Shown here piece after piece: positions 1 through 7,696 of a DNA stretch of 26,877 bases. Source of the DNA: a virus (taxonomy: Duplodnaviria; Caudoviricetes); IMG/VR virus record IMGVR_UViG_3300042807_000409, positions 1-26,877 of that record, one strand, 5' to 3'. Every line of letters starts with the position of its first letter. The stretch's first letter is position 1. The notes beneath the pieces were generated by a model. It made no database searches, was not told where the DNA came from, and saw only the letters and a program-made list of their open reading frames with translations. The translations under genes and the position numbers were made by a program.

Positions 1-166
1 CATACCACTGATCGGCATCCTTATCCTCTGCCCCTGCGATGGCTTGGCGTAGGAGGTGGGCAGACTGAGCGCAATGCCTTCCTACAATTGAATCCTTATT
101 CCAGCTATTTACTTTCTCGACAGACTCTAAAGACTGCAAGGCGCACTTCATTGCTGAGATGTTCAT
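1..166 (-). CDS. Small hypothetical phage protein, 3'-truncated by window edge (MNISAMKCALQSLE...LLRQAIAGAEDK...)
   Basis: Not in the ORF track; translated by hand. ATG at 164-166 overlaps the TGA of the upstream gene (ATGA), AAGGAG SD upstream, frame open to position 1. Confidence 0.75.
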   Translation of the reverse strand, partial: MNISAMKCALQSLESVEKVNSWNKDSIVGRHCAQSAHLLRQAIAGAEDKDADQWY

Positions 167-375
167 ATGTTCTTCTCCTTTAGTTTGGCTTCGATGGCTC
201 GGGCAAACCCTAATGTATCGAAAGAATCCCAATCCCCATCCCAGTTACCATTCATATCTAAATCCTCAATCTCCTTATCCGTCAGCCCGACCCATTTACG
301 GGGCGCTGGCGTCACTGGTGGGTTTGCATCACCCCAAGCCTCTCGTGCTTTTTGAAAGTTGTAGTCGCTAGTCAT
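163..375 (-). CDS. Small hypothetical protein with WVGLTDxEI...(F/L)ARxIExxLKEKN module
   Basis: ATGA coupling at both ends; C-terminal half paralogous to ORF 1115-1378. Confidence 0.85.
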   Translation of the reverse strand: MTSDYNFQKAREAWGDANPPVTPAPRKWVGLTDKEIEDLDMNGNWDGDWDSFDTLGFARAIEAKLKEKNI

Positions 376-572
376 TTTTTATCCTCTGTTACTTTTCCAA
401 TAGCAGTACAGACTTCGGCATAGAGATCCGTCGATTCGAACCCAGCGGATAGCAAGAACGCCTCGCAAGATTCTAGCGCCCCCAACATCTCGGAAAATTT
501 TTCGTCGTATGCCTTTACCGTGTCCCAGTCAGGTTTGAAATCATTTTGATTCATGTTGTGGTCGCCACTCAT
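372..572 (-). CDS. Small hypothetical protein (MSGDHNMNQNDFKPDW...)
   Basis: Start reassigned to ATG 570-572, which overlaps the upstream stop (ATGA) and follows an AAGGGG SD. Confidence 0.75.
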   Translation of the reverse strand: MSGDHNMNQNDFKPDWDTVKAYDEKFSEMLGALESCEAFLLSAGFESTDLYAEVCTAIGKVTEDKK

Positions 573-766
573 GCTTGCCCCCTTGCTCTGATTGCAGCGG
601 CCATCTGAAGCGCCCATGTGCGCTCAAACTTGTCTGTGGCCAGGTCAGCTTGTTTTTCAAGAGACTGTGCAATGTGTTCGCGCTCTGCCTTCACAGCAGC
701 ATCCAGGCGATCACGCCACTCAGCCTCAACCCGGTTTGCAATTTCAAGTCCGCTAACTGTGCTCAT
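569..766 (-). CDS. Small hypothetical protein with KAERE...AIRARG module
   Basis: ATG 764-766 lies 1 nt after the upstream stop, GGAGG SD; paralogous motif in ORF 1365-1583. Confidence 0.8.
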   Translation of the reverse strand: MSTVSGLEIANRVEAEWRDRLDAAVKAEREHIAQSLEKQADLATDKFERTWALQMAAAIRARGQA

Positions 767-767
767 C

Positions 768-1118
768 CTACACCTCCAGCCGTTCAAGCAGGCTTTGTAG
801 ATTCATCGACTCACGATTAACTCTCTGACAAGCATCATAAAAAGCATTTGCAATCGGTGACATTGCAGTGGTGAGCTTCTCTTGGTCGTGTGACTTAACA
901 GGCATATCAGCCAGCACTGGGTGAAGCCTATGCTCAAGCGTCTCCACAACGGAGCGCAGAAAATTAAGCTGGGTTTGCAGCTCCATCATTTGCCTGTCAA
1001 TAACAGACCTGTACTGCTCTGTTTCCTCAACCTGTTTGATTTGATGCTGTTCCATAGCGCAAGCCTCCTGTTTTTGTCTGACTAACCAGCGTTCGTACTC
1101 TTGATATGTCATGCTCAT
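768..1118 (-). CDS. Hypothetical helical/coiled-coil protein, 116 aa
   Basis: ATGA overlap with upstream gene, AAGGAG SD; Q/E/L-rich heptad-like N-terminal half. Confidence 0.8.
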   Translation of the reverse strand: MSMTYQEYERWLVRQKQEACAMEQHQIKQVEETEQYRSVIDRQMMELQTQLNFLRSVVETLEHRLHPVLADMPVKSHDQEKLTTAMSPIANAFYDACQRVNRESMNLQSLLERLEV

Positions 1119-1378
1119 GTGTTTTTCTCCTTTAGTGAGTTCTCGATGTCTCTTGCCAAGGTCATCAGGGCAGGCATTTGGTCGTAGCTAGGCCACCAGC
1201 TTGAAAGTGCTTTGATCTCCTCATCAGTAAGCCCAACCCATTCTTTCTTGCAATTAGGGCATTCAATCTCAGGCCCTGTGCCAAACCGTTCTACCCACCA
1301 ATTGCGCTGACTTCTATCACCGTCATAGATCAGCTTCACATCACACTTGCAGCAGTGAATGTAGTCACCGTATGCCAT
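1115..1378 (-). CDS. Zinc-ribbon (CxxC...CxxC) domain fused to WVGLTDEEI...LKEKNT module
   Basis: CCKC and CPNC motifs; start reassigned to ATG 1376-1378 after an AAGGGG SD. Confidence 0.8.
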   Translation of the reverse strand: MAYGDYIHCCKCDVKLIYDGDRSQRNWWVERFGTGPEIECPNCKKEWVGLTDEEIKALSSWWPSYDQMPALMTLARDIENSLKEKNT

Positions 1379-1583
1379 GATCACCCCTTGCTCTGATTGC
1401 TTCGACACATGCATAGGCGAAATACTGTTGATCACACACTTTCGCACAAGCCTCTCGCTCTGCCTTCAGCAATGCCAATGCAAAGTTAATCAGGCCATCG
1501 TCCTTGAAGTTCCAGCGTCCAAAGTCGTCCATCCACCCATGCCGCTCGGCTAAGTCAAAGATCTCTTCGTCAGTCATGTCCAT
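1365..1583 (-). CDS. Small hypothetical protein (MTDEEI...KAEREACAKVC...AIRARG)
   Basis: AGAAAGGA SD upstream; shares motifs with ORFs 569-766 and 1115-1378. Confidence 0.85.
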   Translation of the reverse strand: MDMTDEEIFDLAERHGWMDDFGRWNFKDDGLINFALALLKAEREACAKVCDQQYFAYACVEAIRARGDHGIR

Positions 1584-1604
1584 ATCCTTTCTGTCTGTAT
1601 AAAA

Positions 1605-1826
1605 CTACTCGATGATTTCTACCGCTGCTTCTGTCTCAATCCAAACCTTTGCCCCGCAAGACAGCGGCTTGTCAGGAGAATACACCACCTTTGACGGACC
1701 ATCAATCCGCACTTCATGCGCGTAGGTGTTGTCCTTGTATGTCTTCACCGTCAGCACGGGGTCCCGTGATCCGTGTTTCGTGTTCGAACGTACGACATGC
1801 TGATTGACGTGGATAATGGTCTTCAT
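1605..1826 (-). CDS. Conserved phage protein of unknown function (IHVNQH...PLSCGAKVWIET)
   Basis: Motif pattern I recognise from diverse phages; ATG 1824-1826 overlaps upstream TGA. Confidence 0.85.
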   Translation of the reverse strand: MKTIIHVNQHVVRSNTKHGSRDPVLTVKTYKDNTYAHEVRIDGPSKVVYSPDKPLSCGAKVWIETEAAVEIIE

Positions 1827-2098
1827 ATCCATACTCCTAGAACGTTCATCAAGGGCCGTGGTTCGTGGTCCTTGGTCAATTTATCGACAATGTCGGCGTT
1901 CTTAACCTTGTAGCTGTAGCCGGTGTTGCCTGCGGTGAGCTGCTCTTTGTAGACGTCCACGATGTGGTTGTTCTTAAAGTCCCGCAGGATGGTTCGGACA
2001 TAGATGACATCGACGCCCGTAATCTTGGCGATTTCGGTGGAGGAACGACGTTCGAGACAGGCGGAGAGCACTTTAGACCTAGTTCGATTCATGTGCAT
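1823..2098 (-). CDS. Putative winged helix-turn-helix DNA-binding protein
   Basis: SSTEIAKITGVDVIYVRTILRDF HTH pattern followed by a beta-wing; TGATG coupling. Confidence 0.7.
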   Translation of the reverse strand: MHMNRTRSKVLSACLERRSSTEIAKITGVDVIYVRTILRDFKNNHIVDVYKEQLTAGNTGYSYKVKNADIVDKLTKDHEPRPLMNVLGVWI

Positions 2099-2307
2099 CA
2101 GTGCATTCCCTTCTTGTTCTGGTCCTTGATCGTGCCTTCTCCCCAGAGGTTCAAGCAGCGAAGCTCTTGCTCGAGGGGGGAGATAGCGTGTTCTCTGCCT
2201 GCCTTTAAGCCTTCAGCATAAGCAACACTGCCTTTCAGCGTAAGCATGCTGTCCAAGTAGATGAACAGGACAATTCCAGAAGCCAGACCAAATAAAAAGC
2301 GCCACAT
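2098..2307 (-). CDS. Small membrane-anchored hypothetical protein
   Basis: Hydrophobic N-terminus FLFGLASGIVLFIYL; AGAAAGGAG SD. Confidence 0.8.
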   Translation of the reverse strand: MWRFLFGLASGIVLFIYLDSMLTLKGSVAYAEGLKAGREHAISPLEQELRCLNLWGEGTIKDQNKKGMH

Positions 2308-2329
2308 AATTTCTCCTTTCTAGTTAACG

Positions 2330-2551
2330 TTACGAACTGCTTTCCAACTCCTGTATGAGTCGGTTCAGATACCATACTGCTTTTTTGTAATCCTGTACAG
2401 CATTTTCTTTGTAGGGACCTCGAGAGAGGTATTTGATGGCGGTCAAGCGGAGATGACCCCGGAATTCCTCCGGGGTCGATTTGGCCTTCATGAAGTCAAT
2501 CGTCTCCATGCCACCATGGGTGTAGTGCGCGGGGGCGTTGACTAGGTCCAT
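2330..2551 (-). CDS. DUF3310 family protein (SaV-like / T7 gp1.7 nucleotide-kinase-like)
   Basis: Signature DLVNAPAHYT..G.ETID...AIKYLSR...K....QDYKKAVWYLNRL. Confidence 0.9.
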   Translation of the reverse strand: MDLVNAPAHYTHGGMETIDFMKAKSTPEEFRGHLRLTAIKYLSRGPYKENAVQDYKKAVWYLNRLIQELESSS

Positions 2552-2553
2552 CT

Positions 2554-2985
2554 TTACTCTTTATCGATCAGAACAACGAAGGTGGCAGTGATTCGAGCAT
2601 CGTCGTCTTCGCCGTTTTCTTCGTCGCCCTCAGCTGCTTCTGCTGATACGTCAGCACCATCTGTCGTTCCGTCGCGGTCTTGAAGGGCCAGATCCAGCGA
2701 TGCAGCGGCAGACCCGACGGGTGAAAATGCGAGGTCCCACCAATTTTGTTCGCTAGGTTCTTCTTCGTCATCAGTATCGCTTTCTTCGTAGCTAGAATCG
2801 GAGTCGGCAAGAATGTCCTTGGCCTCTTCCAAGAGATGATACACGGCCCAAAGGGCGTTCTCAACGTCCTCATCGGCGTGAACCAGTCGGCTGCCGAGGG
2901 ACTCGGAGCAAAGACCAACCACCCCAGCGGCCTGATGCAGACGCGCTTCGAGGTCCATGTACTGTTTAAACGTTAGCGTTACCAT
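2554..2985 (-). CDS. Highly acidic hypothetical protein, 143 aa
   Basis: Fits between neighbours with 1-2 nt gaps, AGGA SD; D/E-rich tracts. Confidence 0.8.
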   Translation of the reverse strand: MVTLTFKQYMDLEARLHQAAGVVGLCSESLGSRLVHADEDVENALWAVYHLLEEAKDILADSDSSYEESDTDDEEEPSEQNWWDLAFSPVGSAAASLDLALQDRDGTTDGADVSAEAAEGDEENGEDDDARITATFVVLIDKE

Positions 2986-2986
2986 G

Positions 2987-3187
2987 TCAATCCTTCCTGA
3001 AGTAATACTGCTTTCGGTTGAAGTAGGTCATGCGCAACACTCCCTCTTCAACAAGGGTGCGCAAGATCATTGACGCATAGGTTTTGCTAATTAGAAACCT
3101 TTCGGCGACTGTTTGAATGTCAACACCAGACTTACGTTCCCGGGCAAACCGCTCAATTTTCTCGTATAGGCCTTGTTTGTTGTACAC
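2987..3187 (-). CDS. Winged helix-turn-helix DNA-binding protein
   Basis: VDIQTVAERFLISKTYASMILRTLVEEGVL wHTH pattern; GTG start with GGAG SD. Confidence 0.8.
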   Translation of the reverse strand: MYNKQGLYEKIERFARERKSGVDIQTVAERFLISKTYASMILRTLVEEGVLRMTYFNRKQYYFRKD

Positions 3188-3196
3188 AATCGGCTC

Positions 3197-3403
3197 CTAC
3201 GCTCGGCTTCGAAAGGTGCTCTTTGAAGGTTCTTGAAAGGGGTTTTCTTTGGCCAAGGGCTCAAAACAGCGCTGCCATTCCCTGAGCACCACCCAGTCTA
3301 AAAACGCGGCATTGGATTGGGTGTGGTGCTTTGCCAGATCAGCAAGCTTGTGATGCGTCTCAGAACGCATCATTACGGATTTCCACTTCTTAGAGTCGGT
3401 CAT
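3197..3403 (-). CDS. Putative ribbon-helix-helix transcriptional regulator
   Basis: KWKSVMM strand then two helices (SETHHKLADLAK; SNAAFLDWVV); start reassigned to ATG 3401-3403 after AGAAAGGA SD. Confidence 0.7.
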   Translation of the reverse strand: MTDSKKWKSVMMRSETHHKLADLAKHHTQSNAAFLDWVVLREWQRCFEPLAKENPFQEPSKSTFRSRA

Positions 3404-3437
3404 AACAAGGTCCTTTCTTCTTTCTGTAGACTTAAGC

Positions 3438-3466
3438 ATTCTTTCACAAGATTTTAGCCTAGTCAA
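3438..3466 (-). promoter_or_regulatory. Sigma70-type promoter P1 driving the small-ORF array
   Basis: TTGACT-N17-AAGAAT with extended -10 TG, in a divergent intergenic gap. Confidence 0.65.
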
Positions 3467-3480
3467 GCTAGATTCTAGAC

Positions 3481-3909
3481 ATGGTCAAGCTAAAGCCCCT
3501 CAAACTCAGCGATGGCAACAGGTCGCAGCTAGAAACGCTGCAAAAGGCCTGCTTACCTCATGATGCGCCGGTGTTCCCGGAGGACGGACAGTTTTGGATC
3601 GGGTTGGACGGTACGCAGTGGGTGTGCTTCTGTCTTGTCAAGCCTTCAGAGCAGTGGGCGGACACGGCGTATCTTGCCCGGGCCGGGGTCCTTGCTGCGT
3701 GGAGGGGGCAGGGCCTGCAGAGAAGGATGATCCGGGTCCGTGAAGCGTGGGCCAGAAAGCGTGGTTATCGGTGGATGATTAGTGATACGACGGACAATGT
3801 GCCAAGCAGCAATAATCTGATGCGGTGCGGCTACAAGCTCATCGAGCCATCAGCGCCATGGGCTAATGAGATCAGTCTTTATTGGACGAAACGGCTGCGG
3901 CATGATTAA
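3481..3909 (+). CDS. GNAT family N-acetyltransferase
   Basis: Acetyl-CoA-binding motif A GVLAAWRGQGLQRRMI and motif B-like DNVPSSNNLMRCGY. Confidence 0.9.
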   Translation: MVKLKPLKLSDGNRSQLETLQKACLPHDAPVFPEDGQFWIGLDGTQWVCFCLVKPSEQWADTAYLARAGVLAAWRGQGLQRRMIRVREAWARKRGYRWMISDTTDNVPSSNNLMRCGYKLIEPSAPWANEISLYWTKRLRHD

Positions 3910-3927
3910 CGCCCTGCGAGAAGACTG

Positions 3928-4329
3928 ATGCCTTACAAAGACGACGAACAGCGTAAGGCCAAGCAGCGTGAGTACTCTAAGAATTGGTACGAGCGCAACA
4001 AGAAGCAGCATCAGGCTGGGGTCGCGAAGAACAAGCGTGAGGGTAAGAAGCGTTGGATAGAGTTCAAGGGCTCAAAGAAATGCAGTCACTGCGGGGCGCA
4101 GCATGCTGCGATCATCGACTTTCATCATGTGATCAAAGAGGACAAGCGGTCGGTGTTTAAGCTTGCAGCGACCAAGAACTATAAGGCGGCGATGCAGGAG
4201 GCGGAGGAGAAGTGCATTCCCTTGTGCGCGAACTGCCACAGGATCTTTCACTGGGAAGAGCGCGAGCAAAAAAAGAGCGCTAAGAAAGCGCTCAAAAGTA
4301 CTAACCATGGAGAGGCCCCTCAAAGCTAG
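3928..4329 (+). CDS. HNH endonuclease-like protein
   Basis: CSHC...IIDFHHV...CIPLCANCHRIFH zinc/HNH pattern with a basic N-terminal arm. Confidence 0.85.
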   Translation: MPYKDDEQRKAKQREYSKNWYERNKKQHQAGVAKNKREGKKRWIEFKGSKKCSHCGAQHAAIIDFHHVIKEDKRSVFKLAATKNYKAAMQEAEEKCIPLCANCHRIFHWEEREQKKSAKKALKSTNHGEAPQS

Positions 4330-6191
4330 GCGGAATCGCCCCAAGACGGGCCGATCTCAACATCCACCTTTGAAGGAATCTCAAGCTTAACACAGTTGAT
4401 CATGACTTGTGCAAGCTCCTCTGCAGCTTCCTTGGTCTTGACAGAAAAGCAGAGCTCGTCGTGTACCTGAAGCAAGGGCAAATGTCCAGCCTTAAAACAG
4501 TCCACCATCGCCTTCTTGGTTTGGTCTGCGGCGGAGCCTTGGATCAATCGGTTGAGGCCCTTGTAGGTATACGCACGGCGTAATGGTGGTCCGTATTCCA
4601 ACATCGCTTCTTCTCGAGGAAGGGCTTTATGCAAGCCATAACTTGCAGGTTCCCACAGAGGAAAGCGGCAGCGACGGCCACACAATGTCCGGACAGCGCC
4701 ACGAGAGGAAGGATCGTCAATTCGTCTCTGTACGGCAGCTACGAGACCCTTGAGGAAAGGTACGCGCTCGTGAAATTGTGAAATCAATTCAGAGGCTTCT
4801 GTTTCAGATAGGTCTAGTTCATTTGCCATCTTGCCTTTGCCCATGCCGTACATCAACCCGAGGCCGATAGTCTTCGCCTGCTTTCGGCTGATGTTAGCCA
4901 TGTCCGCAACAGTCTGGTGAAAGTCGGTAGTGGGGTCATTTCGATATGCGTGGGCCGCGTTCTCTGCTCCGTCTAGCCCCAGCAATACTGCGTAATGAAC
5001 CGCGAGCCGTGGTTCTTGCTGCGAGAAGTCTAAGGACGCCCAGATCTCGTTTTCATCCGGCAGAAAAAGCTTCCTGATCCGTGGTCCGATCTCCGGGTGC
5101 CGTGCTGGGATTTGCTGTAGGTTTGGGTTGTTCATCGAGAACCTACCGGTCACTGTGCCGCCATCATCGGAACGAATCTGATTGATGTGGGCATGTATGC
5201 GTCCGTCATGGGATGCGTGGTCGATCAAGCTTTCGATGAAGGTCCCGGTTGCCTTGTTGAACTCCCGTGCCTCAACGATCATCTTTGCTATAGGGTGCGG
5301 ATGTGTGGACAGAAATGCTTTGGTGAAGGACGGGGCGCCTTTAGGGGTTTTCCCGTAGTCAAGGCCCATCTTATCGAAGGCCTTGGCGATAGAAGCTGCG
5401 GCCCAAATGTCAACGCCCACTCCGGTTTGGCGCTTGATCTCTTTAAGAAGTTCTGTCTCCTTGGCCTTCATGTATCCCAAAGTTGACTCTGCAAGCGGCG
5501 TATTGAAGCGAACACCGCGCATGGTCATGTCGATGAGGATGGGACAGAGCTCTGATTCGAGCTCAAAGATGTTGGTGACTTCCTCTTTGACCATCTCAAT
5601 TTTGAGATATTGCCAAAGCTTGAGTGTCAATGCGGCGTCCTGCTCTGCGTATTCTCCCACGTACATTGCAGGCAGCTTGTACAGTTCTGCCTTGGGGTCA
5701 ACGCCAAACTCGGCAGCAGCTTCTCGCAATCCCTGCTCAGACTTTGTTTCCTTGAGCCAATCAAAGCCCAGAGAATTAAGGCTGTAGGAGAATCGGTTCT
5801 CGTCAACAAGAGCGGCTGCGATCATCGCATCGAAAATGCGCCCGTTGATCGTAAAGCCTTCTGCTTTAAGCCAGCCGACGTCGTATGAAGCATTGAAAAA
5901 GATCTTATCGCATGGCAAGTTAAGTACGTCCTGTACATATCTTTTGACGCGTTTAGCATCGAGGTTTCCCCCACCCTCATGTGCGACTGGTAGGTACGCT
6001 TTCCATCCTTCTGTGGCTAAAGCGAACCCGACGATGCGTCCATTCTGAGTCGGCCATCCGGGGCCTTTTGATTTCATATCCGGATCCATGGTCTCGAGAT
6101 CGATGGCGATCATCTCTGCAGACGAGAGGTCCGGGAGTACATCTGGGGGTGTCCATTCAGTAGTTAAACCTCGGTTAAAGGTCAGGCTCAT
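4326..6191 (-). CDS. polA: Family A DNA polymerase with 3'-5' exonuclease domain
   Basis: ExoI AIDLET, ExoII FNASYD, ExoIII YAEQDA; motif A DFSQQEPR, motif B RKQAKTIGLGLMYG, motif C VHDE. Confidence 0.97.
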   Translation of the reverse strand: MSLTFNRGLTTEWTPPDVLPDLSSAEMIAIDLETMDPDMKSKGPGWPTQNGRIVGFALATEGWKAYLPVAHEGGGNLDAKRVKRYVQDVLNLPCDKIFFNASYDVGWLKAEGFTINGRIFDAMIAAALVDENRFSYSLNSLGFDWLKETKSEQGLREAAAEFGVDPKAELYKLPAMYVGEYAEQDAALTLKLWQYLKIEMVKEEVTNIFELESELCPILIDMTMRGVRFNTPLAESTLGYMKAKETELLKEIKRQTGVGVDIWAAASIAKAFDKMGLDYGKTPKGAPSFTKAFLSTHPHPIAKMIVEAREFNKATGTFIESLIDHASHDGRIHAHINQIRSDDGGTVTGRFSMNNPNLQQIPARHPEIGPRIRKLFLPDENEIWASLDFSQQEPRLAVHYAVLLGLDGAENAAHAYRNDPTTDFHQTVADMANISRKQAKTIGLGLMYGMGKGKMANELDLSETEASELISQFHERVPFLKGLVAAVQRRIDDPSSRGAVRTLCGRRCRFPLWEPASYGLHKALPREEAMLEYGPPLRRAYTYKGLNRLIQGSAADQTKKAMVDCFKAGHLPLLQVHDELCFSVKTKEAAEELAQVMINCVKLEIPSKVDVEIGPSWGDSA

Positions 6192-7696
6192 ACAAAAAAT
6201 CCCTTTGACGTGTTTTTAGGATAGACCACATGTAGCTGGTCCTTGGTCCGTGTTACGCCGACATAGAGTAGGCGGTTGATGTTGTCGGGGCGTTGGTTGT
6301 ATTCATCCATGAACTTGGTTGTCAGATCGGTTAGCAGGACGACGTTATCTGCTTCGCCGCCTTTTGCGCCATGGATTGTAGAGAGGCTGATGGTTGGTGT
6401 TCCGCGAAGCGACTGTCCCCGGCGCAAAGCGGAGCGAATGTAAACGACTTTGTCTTCCGATATTTTTGTCAGAACAAAAAACCATGCGAGTTCGCTGTCT
6501 GTCTCAGTAAGCCCGTAGTGTTGAACAAGCTTGCTCATGTTGTACATCTCGTCGTCAGGTCCGTGGAAGTTCCTGTAGCCGTGTGTGACGAGGGACTTGT
6601 CTATGTACTTGTACATGTTCTTTGCTTCTTGGGCGTTGATCTCTCGGCCTTTACGAAGTGCTTCCCAAGAGTAAACGGCATTCACAATGCTTTCGGAGAT
6701 TGAGCGAATGTGGTTGCGTTCAAACAGAAGGCCGAGGCTCTTCAAGTGTTCGTGAACGTCGCTCAACATATAATTGCTTGCGGCGAGAATCAGCCACGAT
6801 CCGGGCTGCGAGAAATCTATGTACTCAAAACGGCTGTAGTAGTGGACCGCACCTTCCACTTCGCGTGGGCGGTAGACTTTCTCAGTCCTGTATTTTATCC
6901 GATGAACAATATTGTCTGCCAACTTGTGCACGGCAGATGGCACTCGATAAGATTGATCTAGTACAATTTCTTTACTTGGGTAAGACAGGAAATGGGTAAC
7001 GTCGGCCCCAGCCCAAGTGAATATCGCTTGGTCATCATCTCCTGCGATGAAAGCCTCTTTGGCATGCTTGACCAGCCGGTCTACGATCTTCCACTGCAAG
7101 GGGCTCAAGTCTTGCGCCTCGTCAATAATCAGCACATCTAGCTTAGGGTATAGCTCATCTGATTCATTGCTGAAGAACTCCAGCATGTCGGTGAAGTCCA
7201 TGAGGTTGTTGCTGGACAGATACTTTCGATAGCTCTCGTAGATGTAGACCATGTGGTACCACTCGACGGAGAGGTTGGATCGGTTGTACTCAGTGCGAAG
7301 GTCCGTCATCCGCATACGTGCTAGGTTCATCACGTTTAGGATGGCATTGTCTGCACGAACATCCCACGCCTCATCTCGCACTTCAGTAGAAATAGATATC
7401 CCTACGAGGTCGGCAAACTCTTTGTACCCCTTTGGGCCAATGAGTTTGCTTGATGACACACCAAGCCTTGCATAAGCAAGGGAGTGTAGCGTTCGAAAGT
7501 TTACGAGATCGCTTTTTTGCAGGTGCTGAAAGCGAGCGTAGGCGCGGTCTCGGCCCTCGTGTGCAGCTTTTCGCGTGAAGGCAAAGTAACCAATGCTCTG
7601 CGGAGATGTGCCTGCTTCCAAAAAGCGATCCACGGTATTGAGCAAGAAGGTTGTCTTTCCTGTCCCGGGAGGACCGTAGACCTTGGTGACGTTCAA
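6188..7696 (-). CDS. UvrD/Rep-like superfamily 1 helicase
   Basis: GPPGTGKT, DEAQD, GDDDQAIF, QSYR, STIHGAKGGEAD, YVGVTR; TTG start overlapping upstream TGA. Confidence 0.95.
   Translation of the reverse strand: MNVTKVYGPPGTGKTTFLLNTVDRFLEAGTSPQSIGYFAFTRKAAHEGRDRAYARFQHLQKSDLVNFRTLHSLAYARLGVSSSKLIGPKGYKEFADLVGISISTEVRDEAWDVRADNAILNVMNLARMRMTDLRTEYNRSNLSVEWYHMVYIYESYRKYLSSNNLMDFTDMLEFFSNESDELYPKLDVLIIDEAQDLSPLQWKIVDRLVKHAKEAFIAGDDDQAIFTWAGADVTHFLSYPSKEIVLDQSYRVPSAVHKLADNIVHRIKYRTEKVYRPREVEGAVHYYSRFEYIDFSQPGSWLILAASNYMLSDVHEHLKSLGLLFERNHIRSISESIVNAVYSWEALRKGREINAQEAKNMYKYIDKSLVTHGYRNFHGPDDEMYNMSKLVQHYGLTETDSELAWFFVLTKISEDKVVYIRSALRRGQSLRGTPTISLSTIHGAKGGEADNVVLLTDLTTKFMDEYNQRPDNINRLLYVGVTRTKDQLHVVYPKNTSKGFFV

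Larger units (their letters stand above)
163..1136. repeat. Direct repeat pair A at gene junctions (163-184 and 1115-1136)
   Basis: tcatatgttcttctcctttagt vs tcatgtgtttttctcctttagt, 20/22 identical. Confidence 0.85.
579..1400. repeat. Direct repeat pair B at gene junctions (579-595 and 1384-1400)
   Basis: ccccttgctctgattgc, 17/17 identical. Confidence 0.85.

Noticed and set aside
163-1468. Short repeats as CRISPR array, attC sites or DGR template/variable repeats
   Set aside because: Repeats are coding, irregularly spaced, of different classes and not palindromic; no reverse transcriptase or integrase in the window.
2568-2918. 116-aa alternative-frame ORF
   Set aside because: Nested in the acidic-protein gene, which fits its neighbours and has an SD.
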